Below, piece after piece: positions 12,401 to 23,400 of a stretch of 64,000 nt of DNA (position 1 is the first letter of the stretch; the number at the start of each line of letters is the position of its first letter). The notes beneath the pieces were generated by a model, which was not told where the DNA came from, searched no databases, and saw nothing but the letters and a program-made list of their open reading frames with translations. The position numbers were made by a program, and so were the translations under genes. The stretch is from Phoronis australis. Lineage: Eukaryota > Animalia > Phoronida. The stretch covers positions 625,294-689,293 of the forward strand of contig NMRA01000041.1 in the NCBI GenBank assembly GCA_002633005.1. The letters run 5' to 3'.

Positions 12401-15400
12401 CTCTGACGGTTCTGTGAAAGAGAAACCTGACTTCGCAACCCCCGACAAGTAAGCAGATTTTCAGTTTCATGGCTAATTCTCCAAAATAATTACGTGCACA
12501 TTATTTCTTTCGTTCACTATTATAGTCTTTTCGTGACTGGAGGTTTAGTTTCCAAATTAAGCTGGGTTTATGTTCGGGCCTGATCGGGCTCGAAGCCACT
12601 GGCGGGGATAACAAGCGTTTTGTGTGTTTAGAACTGAAAAAAATCGCAAGTCTAAAAGTACAACACACAGCCATGTTCTCTTGTCTGTATTTCACGGAAG
12701 AATGATTCGAATTTATCACCAAACAGACCCAAACTCCCGCGACTGACAATGGTAAATTGGCCTACCGAACTCTGTAGGATACGGTACGTTCGAATACCTA
12801 TAAACCCGTAACAGTGAAATAAAACAACACGTTTGTTCAAGAACTCGAGGTATTTGTGAGGGATTTAGGCCTACATCGAATTTTGAAGATTTATTGGTGT
12901 AAAACTTCAACACCTCCGTCTGCCGTCAGGTACCAGGTAAAGCAACTGAACTTGCTGTTTTCGAGTGGAACTATTCCGTCTAAATTGATACAAAATAAGT
13001 TGTTTTTTGGATGGCATTCTTCTTACAATGCACCTGACGTCACGCAACAATCAAACTTATCCAGCGGATAACTTTAAAGTTTTATGCAACCCAGCCCTGG
13101 TGCGGATGATAAAAGGAACTACCAAAACTAATTGACTCGTGAGGTACATTGCTTGAGAAAAATGATATCGAGCCAAATCTCATAAAAGCCAGCATTGGAG
13201 TACCAAAGTTTCAAGGCACGACACAAACTATATTGTGCCGCCGCCTCTACCTAGCAGCAGAGACGGTGATGCTTCCGTAGGCCCTTTAATTCATACGCCG
13301 GAAATTTTCGGCGAATTATGCCTCCTCGGTGATTAAACCATCAAAGTAACCTTGTTATATACAGCACCTTTTGCGCATAGAGCGACATCTTAAGGAGGCC
13401 GTCCATGTCTTCAATTCAATCGAGCGCGAACTAATGATCCCGTAATCAAACTTTTTTTCGCGCGCAGTGTAAAATGGTCAGTTGCCGATTTGAGCAACTG
13501 AACGAAAGACTGCTCGAAAAAAGTTTACCAGAGTTGGAAGGAATTAAAAACAGTCGACATCCTCCTAAAGAGTCCCTCTATTCACAAAAACTACTTATTG
13601 CAAGATGACTTTGACGGTTTAATCAGTGTGAGGCAGAATTCACCGAAAAGGCCCATCGTCTCTACTGCTAAGTAGAGGCGGTGGCATTGTCTGGATACAG
13701 TCTAGTGTAAGTGCATTGTACCTGAATTATAAAATAGTCACCCTTTGTTCTGTTCACGCGTCCTTCACAAGAATTCGCAATCCCAAATTAACAAAAATGT
13801 CATTAGTTAAAGAAGGCCAGTTCCAAAGAACGACTCTGTTGTCCGTTTCCGTTTCCGCTAATAGAATTATAGAAACCCTCACTGTCTACACTCCTTTTCA
13901 AATAATTAACTCACTAGAAAACTAGGTGAGTAGCTGATTTGAATACGACTAGTTTTAGCTGATTTACTTTTGACGTCGTTTCTCAAGTCCCGACATTTAT
14001 AAAGTGACGTCGAGAACAGGAAGGGAAATTTGTCTGAAGCCTGCTAATATTTCCGCACGTACTGCCTCGCCGTGGCGACTTCTTCCATTACCCCACTTTG
14101 CTCTGTGGTACCCCGGTAGTATTTTGGAAGTTCATTTGGACATGGCAACTACAGGTAAAGCGCTTTGATTTGCAAAATTTAGAAAAAGTCCAAAGCGGTA
14201 AATACTTTGTCTGGCATGGACATGCATGTCGTTTTTTACCGCAGACAGCTTGCGTGTCTATAATGTCTTTGTGTATGCCTATTTGTTGCTTTTTCGATGT
14301 GCACGTTTCCGTAGACAAAGGGACATATGTCGTAATGGCAATTGAGGACATGTTTATTTGTCAAGGTTTGTGTTAGTGATGAGCAATGATAAACAAAAAA
14401 GGACACGATACACCCCGCGCACCCAGCCTAAATATAGGGGGTCGAATCTTTGACAATGAGGACCTTTTGTTAACAAACAAAACGGGAACTAAAAAGGGTA
14501 CCACGTTCGGAGCTATGAAGTATGCAAAAATATGCATTCGCGCCTTTTTAGTGGACTTTTGTATCGTTTTCTCGGACTTTTTGTTTCTCTGAGACGGACC
14601 TTTTTCCCCACTTTGCCAAATGAGGAGAGGGGGTTCCTTCGAGCCTCCCAAGCACCCCTGGGTGCGCGCATGAGATATAATTCTTCAAGTTCGCAGGTAG
14701 TGTCCGTATTTAAAACACGGTCTCGATTTTTTAGCCTGGTATCGTGTTCGGCGTTCAGTGAGCCGTGTTGTGTGAGCCGACTACTGGTTTGACTTAATTA
14801 AGTGAGCCGTGTTTTATGAGCCTGGTACAATGTTTGGTGTTCAGTAAGCCGTGTTTTATGAGCTTGGTACCGTGTTTGGCGTTCAGTGAGCAGTGTTTTA
14901 TGAGCCTGGTACCGTGTTTGGCGTTCAGTGAGCCGTGTTTCATGAGTTTGGTACAATGTTTGGTGTTCAGTGAGCTGTGTTTTATGAGCCTGGCACCGTG
15001 TTTGGCGTTCAGTGAGCCGTGTTTGGTGAGCCTGGTACCGTGTTTGGCGTTCCGTGAGGCGTGGTTTGTGAGCCTGGTACAATGTTTGGTGTTCAGTGAG
15101 CCGTGTTTTATGAGCCTACCGTGTTTGGTGTTCAGTGGGCCGTGTTTTGTGAGCTAAGTATCGTGTTTGGTGGTCAGTGAGCCATGTTCTATGAGCCTGG
15201 TGCCGTTAAGCTGTGTTTCTGAATCAATGAACAGTACTTTTATCAGACCAGTGAGCCATGTTGATAAGGGAGGAACAAAATGGCTAAGTAGGATTGAAAA
15301 AAGGAATATTTGAAATAAAAGCGCACAGGTTACATGGACTTATATGTTCAGGGTGCCGGAATTGCACAAACATTATTATGTTCTCGTTCATTTACAGATA

Positions 15401-15505
15401 ATCCAAAACTTTGAACTGAAATACAACGGGGAAGAGATAGGAATGCTGAACAGAATATTCACAGCGCCAAACAGAGATCTGTGCATCAAGTTTATTGATA
15501 GGTGA
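288..15505 (+). CDS. Cytochrome P450, mitochondrial clan (CYP10/CYP49/CYP27-like), gene CYP-A; 5'-partial (first exons upstream of window)
   Basis: Exons 288-481, 4025-4226, 4570-4720, 6928-7094, 7882-7963, 9834-10046, 15398-15505 join in frame. Motifs: NGEEWHRLR (C-helix WxxxR), AGIDST (I helix), ESFR (ExxR), YRPQRWL (PERF-like), PFGYGPRMCIGRRFAEQE (heme Cys). Intron positions and phases match CYP-B. Clan assigned from recalled motif style. Confidence 0.92.
1012..1156. mobile_element. MITE, CATGGGCG TIR, 5-bp TSD tgttg
   Basis: catgggcgccgca...tgcgccgcccatg flanked by tgttg on both sides. Confidence 0.75.
2680..3150 (-). mobile_element. Possible tRNA-derived SINE remnant
   Basis: Minus-strand B-box-like ggtttcgaacccga (~3055-3070) with a degenerate A box upstream. 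Confidence 0.35.
3713..3945. repeat. Degenerate minisatellite (cagtattacacgacac...; ~42 bp)
   Basis: Repeated attacacgac / cactgatatac blocks. Confidence 0.65.
4025..4226 (+). CDS. CYP-A exon (AFGCVCFDERLG...HKTLD)
   Basis: tttacag| acceptor, |gtaagt donor; phase consistent. Confidence 0.9.
4262..4462. repeat. (ATT/ATC)n microsatellite
   Basis: Direct inspection; lies in a CYP-A intron. Confidence 0.95.
4570..4720 (+). CDS. CYP-A exon (IAFDYID...LFTAGIDS), I helix start
   Basis: tttactag| acceptor, |gtgagt donor. Confidence 0.9.
4794..5990. mobile_element. Non-autonomous TIR element (CAGTGGCGGATCTACG TIR)
   Basis: 16-bp perfect TIR; flanks ggaccg / ggacct (5-6 bp TSD). Confidence 0.8.
6174..6319. 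mobile_element. MITE, CAGGGGCGGAT TIR, 5-bp TSD agtac
   Basis: TIR plus perfect 5-bp TSD; second family copy at 27155-27282. Confidence 0.78.
6928..7094 (+). CDS. CYP-A exon (TGNALSFVLYNLAKHP...ESFR), K helix
   Basis: tttcag| acceptor, |gtaagt donor. Confidence 0.92.
7882..7963 (+). CDS. CYP-A exon (LNFPTEGGTTRIL...GYLVPKG)
   Basis: ttttag| acceptor, |gtacgt donor; 82 nt as in the paralogs; not in the ORF track. Confidence 0.9.
9834..10046 (+). CDS. CYP-A heme-binding exon (TMVATNNQ...FGYGPRMCIG...VIK)
   Basis: ttttcag| acceptor; ends at aaa|GCAAGT (GC donor at the position of the GT donor in CYP-B). Confidence 0.9.
10095..10775. mobile_element. AT-rich foldback element with repeated tgtctgacata / tatgtcagaca subunits
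   Basis: Degenerate inverted arms around a short core in the last CYP-A intron. Confidence 0.5.
11393..11611 (+). mobile_element. MITE family CATGnGCGCACCCAG, 5-bp TSD aaaag
   Basis: 15-bp TIR, internal aaaaaggtccgcctcag core; perfect TSD. Confidence 0.8.
12245..12990 (+). mobile_element. Interspersed repeat, inverse homolog of 37820-38757 (Kolobok-like non-autonomous element)
   Basis: Reverse-complement similarity over ~700 bp; the other copy begins ttaa|aggagc. Confidence 0.65.
13237..13685. mobile_element. Foldback MITE with ~32-bp TIR
   Basis: gccgccgcctctacctagcagcagagacggtg vs catcgtctctactgctaagtagaggcggtggc; flanks attgt on both sides; inner arms also complementary. Confidence 0.72.
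14411..14672 (-). mobile_element. MITE family CATGnGCGCACCCAG (reverse copy)
   Basis: Core ctgagacggacctttt; TSD cgata/agata; left TIR degenerate. Confidence 0.72.
14735..15205. repeat. 42-bp minisatellite, ~10 copies (gtgagccgtgttttatgagcctggtaccgtgtttggcgttca)
   Basis: Direct tandem units with few substitutions. Confidence 0.92.
15398..15505 (+). CDS. CYP-A last exon (IIQNFELKYNGEEIG...KFIDR*)
   Basis: tttacag| acceptor, phase 0; homologous to CYP-B last exon IVQNFRLVYEGEPV...KFVDAQ*. Confidence 0.88.
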   Translation: MIQNFELKYNGEEIGMLNRIFTAPNRDLCIKFIDR

Positions 15506-17254
15506 CGCTATTATAATGGATCTATTGCCGTCTTTCGAGTCCACTTTCAGGCCTGAAGGATTAATTCTGGACCGCAGGTGCATGCTGGACAACACTGCTG
15601 GATTGTCTGCTACTGGACACTCAAAACACGTGTAGAATAATTACCTGAAAACATATCTCTCCAGTTTTTGTGGAATGAACTTCCTTGTTTAGGATATGAA
15701 TGGCCACTCTGTTTTGTTTAATGAGGTATTGGGCGTACGCCAACAGCTCAGCGGGCGGGGGGGCAGGGAGGGCGCTTCCCAGCTTTCGATCTAAAATCTA
15801 AAAGTACAAAACATTTTGATGTATTATTTCGACTCTAGAAGTTAAGTTTAAATGTTTTAATTTTAAATCAAAAGACTCTTCCTGCAGACCCAAACACATT
15901 CCTGCCACATTCATTCCATTTCAAGCTTAGAGAGGGCGCAAGTGGCAATGGACATGCGCACACAATGAGAGCCCGCAGTTCAAACAATAAACTATTGTTT
16001 ATTTTTACTTTACTAATGTGAAAAATGTTAAGAAAGTTAACACTACCCTGCAAAGCGTTAAGAAGTCTTTAAAAGGTCCGCGAACTTATAGCTACCCACT
16101 TTCATGATGACCCTAAGTACACGACGCTGGACGCCGGTGCAAATAAGTGTCGTCGCGTACTTAAGCTCAGTAGTAAAGAAACCAACGCCACTTACTCGAA
16201 CCGGCGTAGCGTACATGAAGCAACCGCTCAAATAAGTGGCGCCGGTTCAAGTAAGTGGCTGCGCGTACTTAATCTACTATGAAAGCAAGGCCACTTAGCC
16301 GATCCAGCGTCGCGTACTTAGTTACTACAAAAGCCACCGGTTCGTTTAACATTGTCGTAATAAAACTGTTCTCAGCGTGTTCCCTAATCAAATGAGTGGT
16401 TGCTCTGCTTGGGAGCAACTGGCATTTCGTTATTGCTTGAAGTCCGTGGTGGGCGCATAAAATGATCTGCTGGTTCAACTCTAATGAATGTGTATGGTTT
16501 CAAGCACGTCTAACAATCTGTCACTTTTCAAGCGAGTGAAAAAATCATTTTAGTGTGAGTAAGGGGCATCATGACGTCACGTTGATGACGGTAGAAGCCG
16601 AAATTTATAGTAGTTTTTCTGTGTATTTGGAAAACCACATTTTATAACTTAACTGTATAACGTTCTTTTGTTTGGGACTACATGTCGTCACATAGTAGTC
16701 TTACTATTAAATTTTATTTACAATTTATATTGCGCATCTGATATCAATAATGTACCTTTGCTTATTCTTTTCTTATGCTTTTTAACTGGTCCTTTTTGGT
16801 GAACAGAGCCAACAGAAAACTAATTGACGACTTTGTATTTGAATATTTAATATTAAAAACATTTTAAATGCTTCATTTTAAGCTTTGTTAGCAACACTTG
16901 ACAACAGATCAGCAACTAATATATTTGATAGCTAATGGCAAATAGATGAATAGAAAGATAGATTCACGCTGTCACAATTATACAATAGATGCCGTTGGAT
17001 GGACACACGTTTAAAATAACAACACTGTCAGAACTCCAACTCTGACATCAGACACTTTTAGGATACTTAGAGACAGTCTCTTAATAAGATTATCAAATTC
17101 GTGTTAAACAAGACGATTATTCTGAGTGTCCGTGAAGCTCCTGGATATTTCCCAGCAGAGCTTTGTTTTATGTCGTCCAGTACTGGCCAATGAATAAGTC
17201 CTCTTTAACAACTAAACGATTGCAGACCTCAGAAAGTCTCTTGATAATCATCGA

Positions 17255-17770
17255 AACTTGACTACGGGTCATTACCTACACTATCTTGAAAGCAAATAGC
17301 AAGTGACCGATGCTTGACCAGGGAGGAGCAACAACACTATTTTGATAGTAGTGACCGACACTTGACCACAGGTCAGCACCTACGCTATCATGATGATAAG
17401 TGACCGTTACTTGACTACCGATTAGCAGCTAGACTATCTTGATAGTAGTGACCGATACTTGACCACAGGTCAGCAGTTACATTATCTTGATAATAGTGAC
17501 CGATACTTGACTATAAGTCGGTATCTACACAATCATGACGATAAGTGACCGTTACTTGACTACCGATCACCAGCTAGACTGTCTTGATATTTAGTGACCG
17601 ATGCCTGACCACAGGTCAGCAGTTAGGCTATATTGATGGTAGAGACCGATACTTGACCACAGATCAGTACCAACACTTTCATGATCATAAGTGACCGATA
17701 CTTGACTTACCGATCAGCAGCTAGACTATCTTGATTGGTAATGACCGATACTTGACCACAGGTCATCAGA
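17255..17770. repeat. 48-49-bp minisatellite, ~11 copies, with a 3-unit higher-order pattern
   Basis: agtgaccgatacttgacc at ~17302, 17350, 17399, 17447, 17495, 17544, 17593, 17641, 17690, 17740. Confidence 0.88.
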
Positions 17771-19559
17771 CAATCTTAATTATAATCTTTATACATTTAG
17801 TGAGAACACGAAAGGACACACACACTCACCAACCAGACTCACGCGCGTGGGGGAGAACTTCAAGCATTTATGAGTCTTTGGGGGGTTAGATGTGATAAAC
17901 TCCCGCACAAATGAGTAAATTAATTGTATCTGAGTTGTGTAATTTGCCAAAGAAAACGTCTGTGGACGAGAGATTAATAAGTAAATATTGTGTTTTAGCA
18001 AATTACCAATGATTGATTGCAGACCAGAAATTATTGGTCACATACAATGCCAGTAGGTACGGGTCATATTTTCTGGCTCTGTTTACAGAGATCTGATTGC
18101 TTGACACCAAATTTGACAAGATGTAAATTTGTTGCCACAACTTTATGAAGTAACCTTGTCTGAAACCACTATAACCTCGCGTAACGAGAAAAATTAAAGG
18201 AACAGATATACATCTCTCTCTTTCCTCCGGGTGGATCAGTGACGTTGACCTGCGGTTCTCAACTCAGCTCATGGGTTGTTTTTTGGAAAGGCATTCAATT
18301 AAGTATGAATATACACTTTATTCGCTAAACATTCCAACACTTTGGGGACGTTTGATAGCCTTATCGTAAATTTTGCACACAAGACCCTAAGAATTGGTAA
18401 AGGATGGAGAGAAATCGTACCTACTACAAAATGATTCATAAGACATAAACTTTCCGTGAATACCTGGCATTTTGGTTGTTTTGGATGACGTAATTATAGC
18501 AATCCCCGCTGATCAAACTTTCGGACTAAATTTCAGTCCGGCAAATAATTGGAAAATCCACATTTAGTTTTTCCAGAACACGAGAAATACTTTTGAAAAA
18601 GCCAGGATTGTCTCTATTGGGACCGTAGATATTGATAAGAGTTACGCTACAGTGCTTTTCCAACAACAAATTGAGCAGTAATAAATTTCCTTCCTTATCT
18701 CGGTGTCCTGAAGTGTCTTCGAACTCAAAATTGCTGAGGAAGACACCGACTCCACGGGAGTTACGTGAACCATAGCTCTAGACAATATGACGTCACTGAT
18801 CTCTTACAACATTTAAATCGGCCTCAACAAAGAGAGCGCCTTGCGAACAGTAGATCGAATATTTCTGATCGCGCAGATCATGAAACACATCTTTTTCCGT
18901 ATTCGTAAGTCGTCTGCATTTCATTGACAGCACACCAAGTTCACCCTTGGTCATATGAAGTGACACAAAATAAAGAAATCGTCTCGGAAAAGCACTCACA
19001 CAGACACATTCTCGCGAAAAAAAAAACAGGACACGGGACAGCTTTTAAAGAAACCGATAGCATATGAAAAGTGTGAGCAAACCGTAAGACAACAGATACA
19101 CAAATACTTGGCGCGAAGCCTCTTGATGATTTTATAATAGGTCTTAGCGTGCCATTTGGCATGCTACAGGAAAAGCTGTGTACTCATTGACAGGGTAGAA
19201 CACCACGGGGCAGGATTTTGAAACAGTATTTGATCTAGATTTGGATTTACCAAGACTTGACAACAAAGATAGACGATAGTGTGCAGCTACTACAATACCA
19301 CGACTGGCCAGAGGTGATGACGCACCAAACGGCCTGTCCTTAGTGGTTTCTTTCTGCATCCAGTCCTTTTCTGACTTGACCAAAGGAAGTAAACACTGAA
19401 CACTCACAGTGCAAAGGATAAACAGGGGGTAATTACGGACAGGACAAACACACCAGAACGTAAAAATTACGTGAACCTCGCCACGAGTGGAAGAAGTACC
19501 TTAGTCACCAAAAGTGCGTCTCAAGCTTAACCTGTACATAAACGATACTATATTTATTT

Positions 19560-20110
19560 TACAATTGATATGCTCTAAAAATCTTAATATCCCACGTATA
19601 TCGTCCAACTGTTGACTTGCTTGAGATATATTCTGCCATCGCAAGTCCAGCAGCTTAAATCCTTGATCCTAGGTCCCTTTTAGGTTTGAATAATTACACA
19701 TTCTTTCCTGGGGTTCTCCTTAACGTAGATTTTACCTGCAACTTGTTTTAAATGTTTCTTGTGCCTCATAAAGTCATCCCTCACGTTATAATAAGTCTTG
19801 AATTTTACAATGATTAGGCGCTTGTTGATTCTTTCTTTGTTATTTCTTCTTAGTCGATGGCTCCTACTTATGTCTGATTTTTCGAGTTTGCACCAATCTT
19901 GTTGGACAAGGAGATTACAATATCAACCGCATTTTCCTAATTTGATTCAGTCACCCCAATGATAACAAGATAATTTCTCCGACTACATTGCTGAAGGTAA
20001 TCGACATTGTTTTCCAGTTTAATGGCTTGTAACTCGCTGTCCTTTCTGAGTTTCTCTAGTTAGAAACATTTATTTTTTGTCTTTTTCGTCCAGTTTTTCA
20101 TTGAAGCTCC
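19560..20110 (-). pseudogene. LINE ORF1 fossil (CR1/L2-type RRM-CTD)
   Basis: Frameshifted LQQCSRRNYLVIIGVTE...ENAVDIV...SDISRSHRL...IIVKF...RDDFMRHKKHLK...IYVKEN...WTCDGRIY; paralog at 39540-39990. Confidence 0.72.
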
Positions 20111-20325
20111 AAATATTTGTAGATATCAGTCGCCAGCTCACCAACCATATAGGTTTCAACACAAGTTTCTAGCACATTCCTTACACTTTGCCATCCACTA
20201 GTACTTCTTTCAAGACTTCCTTCAGTGACTTTGCTCAAGGTTACCCAAGGGAGTGTCACCTTTTGTCAAAATGCATTCCAACGTTCGTTGTTTCACTAAA
20301 GGTACGACTCCTTGTTCTCTAGAGT

Positions 20326-20436
20326 CTACTGAGCGTCGACGAATTTCATATTAAGCGGACGGTCTGGAGTATTAAATAACTTCGATATAGCTTTAACTGG
20401 TTCACCTTCGTATACAAGTCGGAAATTTTGGACAAT
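20326..20436 (-). CDS. CYP-B exon 9 (IVQNFRLVYEGEPV...KFVDAQ*)
   Basis: cacag| acceptor, TAG stop at 20326-20328. Confidence 0.9.
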   Translation of the reverse strand: MVQNFRLVYEGEPVKAISKLFNTPDRPLNMKFVDAQ

Positions 20437-23400
20437 CTGTGGTGTAAGAAATTTAGACAACCGTTATATCAAGTTAGCATTGTCAGCTTCAACAGTTAAA
20501 GATACATTTCGCCCCTGTTAGGCAGTCACTGGTGATTTTAACCGAAACGCTTTGGGGTTTAAAAACATTAGCAACGTCCATAAGATCTTGAATTATTGTG
20601 GAATGATGTGGCAACTAAAGCCACATAGGCAATGCGTAAACGCGCAAATGGGGTGGCAGGGGAGTGGCCAACTCCTATGAACTCTGAAGCGTTATTTTGA
20701 ATCGCCACATGGTTTTGATGTTCTTGGTGGTAAAGGAAATAGAACCTCGACGCGTTGCTACAAAATCAACGTATAGTGGACAAGCAATGTTAAATATTCA
20801 CTTCAGTATTTAATAATCTTCACCGAAGCCCATTAATAAGTTAGAGGACATCCGTGTAGAGTCATAATTCCACAGGATAATATTCAAATGCTTCGATTTT
20901 TCATTTTCATTTTGCCACCAATCTTTTAAGTTCTTTCACATGCCCCCGGTTGCTTTAGACAACTTGGTGCGTATTGCAACCAGTGGCATACATAGTCAGC
21001 TCTAACTACGACTATTTCGTACGAATTGCTTACTTTTGCAGTAGCAAGCCAAACTTCTTGTTCGGCAAATCTTCGCCCAATGCACATTCGACTTCCATAA
21101 CCAAAAGGCAACAGTACAAATGACTCAGGTCGTTTGACAGAAGCTTCCGGTTTTGCAAGCCATCTTTCAGGTATAAACTGGTCAGGCTTGGACACCCATT
21201 CAGTCCGCAAACAGGCCTCCTGGTTGTTCATTGCCAATATGGTCTGGAATTACATTTGTAGGCAAAATGTCTCAAAGATAATACCAAACCACTAGTCACC
21301 AAGGTGTTGATAACTTTTTTCAATACACAACGATTGAACACATTGAAGCGGCAAAGGGCTCTTAAACGTGTACTTTCCTGCGCGTTGAAATGTGCTTAAT
21401 CAACGCCTACTTTTAATTCTTAAACGAGCATAGCTCTGCTCTTACTCAAGGCATACGTTTTCTTAATCAGTGAGTAGTTTTACGTAATGGACACACTGAA
21501 TTAGTTATTCGTCGTGTCCAATCACAGACAAGTTTACATTCAGTAGGTAACGGCGCCATCTTTTACGTGGTCACTTGATAAGATTCTACAACATTCTTCA
21601 AAAGTTGCCTAAGCACCCATGTAGAAAGTCTTCCGCCACTTTGAAATTTGAGAGCAGCAGCGTGATTGAGCTATATGAACTGATTAAAAGTACGCGTTGA
21701 ATAAGTAAAAGTACGCGTTGAATAAGTAAAAGTACGCGTTGAATAAGTAAAAGTACGCGTTGAATAAGAGCAGAGCAGTGATTGTTTAAGAACTAAAAAT
21801 ATACGTTGATTAAGCACATTTCAGCACCCAGAAAGGTACTCGTTTCAAAATACTCTGGCGCTTCATACATTTTCTCCAATTTCCCATTGAAATACAGTTA
21901 AACCAGCAGCTAAACATCACTTGACTGTTTCGAGGTAAGGTGGTCAGTTAAATGTTACATTTACCCCCTTTGGAACGTTGTATCCACAAATCTCCATGTC
22001 TTTGTCCAAAATTCGTGCAGTACCTCCTAGGATCGGAAAATGCATTCTGGAAGTTAAAAAAAAACTTAAGATGTAACCACGCTGTCACACAGTTATCCTG
22101 GCATTCAAATCAGAAACGAACTGCGGCGCCGCACTGAAATATGAGGTAAACTTTGATAATTTTAAAGGTTTTTGACTCTGGCTTGAAGGTAGACTCTCAG
22201 TGACTTCATGTATTTATGAATGTGTAGGCAATGCCTACGATGTACAATAATTTCTGATGAATAAATAAACAAATATAAATCGGGGTTGAAAGTAGACTCC
22301 ATTGCTTATAGCTTACGGTTGCGCTGTTAGACGTAAGGTTATCTAAAACCTTCATAAACGACCTCAACTCAAACTCAAATATCAAAAAATCCATGTTTTA
22401 TCAACCATTAAAAGTATATATTTTCGGAAAGGAAAAAAGATCGAGGATAGTATAGTAATTATTAGTTGGACAAGAGCAACTGGCTGAAACAAACAAAATT
22501 TGCATGACAAATCACGTGGAGGGATCCAAAAGTAGCGAATCTGCATTAATTAGACGGAGACAGTGGCAAAATGGTCTGTATCAAAAGCATATCAGCGAGT
22601 TCATGCACTTCCAAAACCGTCAACGCACCTGCCACACCCGTAAAAGTAACCTAACTTAAACCACTCCTTTCAGATTATGACTTCCTCTCGACTACGGAGC
22701 TTATAAATGGTTTCTCTTTCGATTTCAGGCTCGGGCCTTCCCGATTGGTCACTCCAATCCCCCCATCAACAACCCGTCCACTCTCCGTAACCCTGGAGTT
22801 ACTTTTCAGAAAATACAGAGCGAGGTTCTGCTGGGTCGCCATGCTGGTCCCTTCCCATCTACTCCATTCCACTTTTCCTCTTCGTCACCCGTTGCCCTCA
22901 TCCCTAAATCCCCAACCTAACAGTTTTCGTCTCATTCATAACTTGTGACATCCATCTCGTTACTCTAACTCAGTTAACTCCCACATTCCCCCTGAATTCT
23001 CCCAGGACCAATCCATCATGGACGCTATCCGCCTGGTTCAACGGTTTGGACGCCACTCCTTCACGGCTAAGGCTGGCATCAAGGTCGCCTTTCGCATCGT
23101 TCCGGTTCACCCTGACGACTACCACCTTTTAGGCCTATCGTTGGCCAACAACTTCTACTACGACAGGTGCCTGCTATTTGGCTGTGCCTCTAGCTTCAAC
23201 ATCTTTGAGAAGGTCAGTTCTGCTATTCAATGGATCCTTGTAAAGAAGTTGAATGCCTCCGGCGTTTCTCACTACCTCGACGATTTATTTTTCGTGGGTT
23301 CTCCATCCACGACGAAATGCTCTCGGGACCTAGCCGCATTCATCTCGCTCTGCGACACCATAGGCATCCCTATCAATCATGACAAGACGATTCAGGCGAC

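Noticed and set aside
14798-15157. Repetitive ORFs on both strands (AHKTRLTERQTRYQ repeats)
   Set aside because: By-product of a stop-free 42-bp minisatellite within a CYP-A intron; no splice or start context
17255-17770. CRISPR-like appearance of regularly spaced repeats
   Set aside because: The intervening sequences are homologous to each other (no unique spacers), there are no cas genes, and the context is eukaryotic; it is a minisatellite
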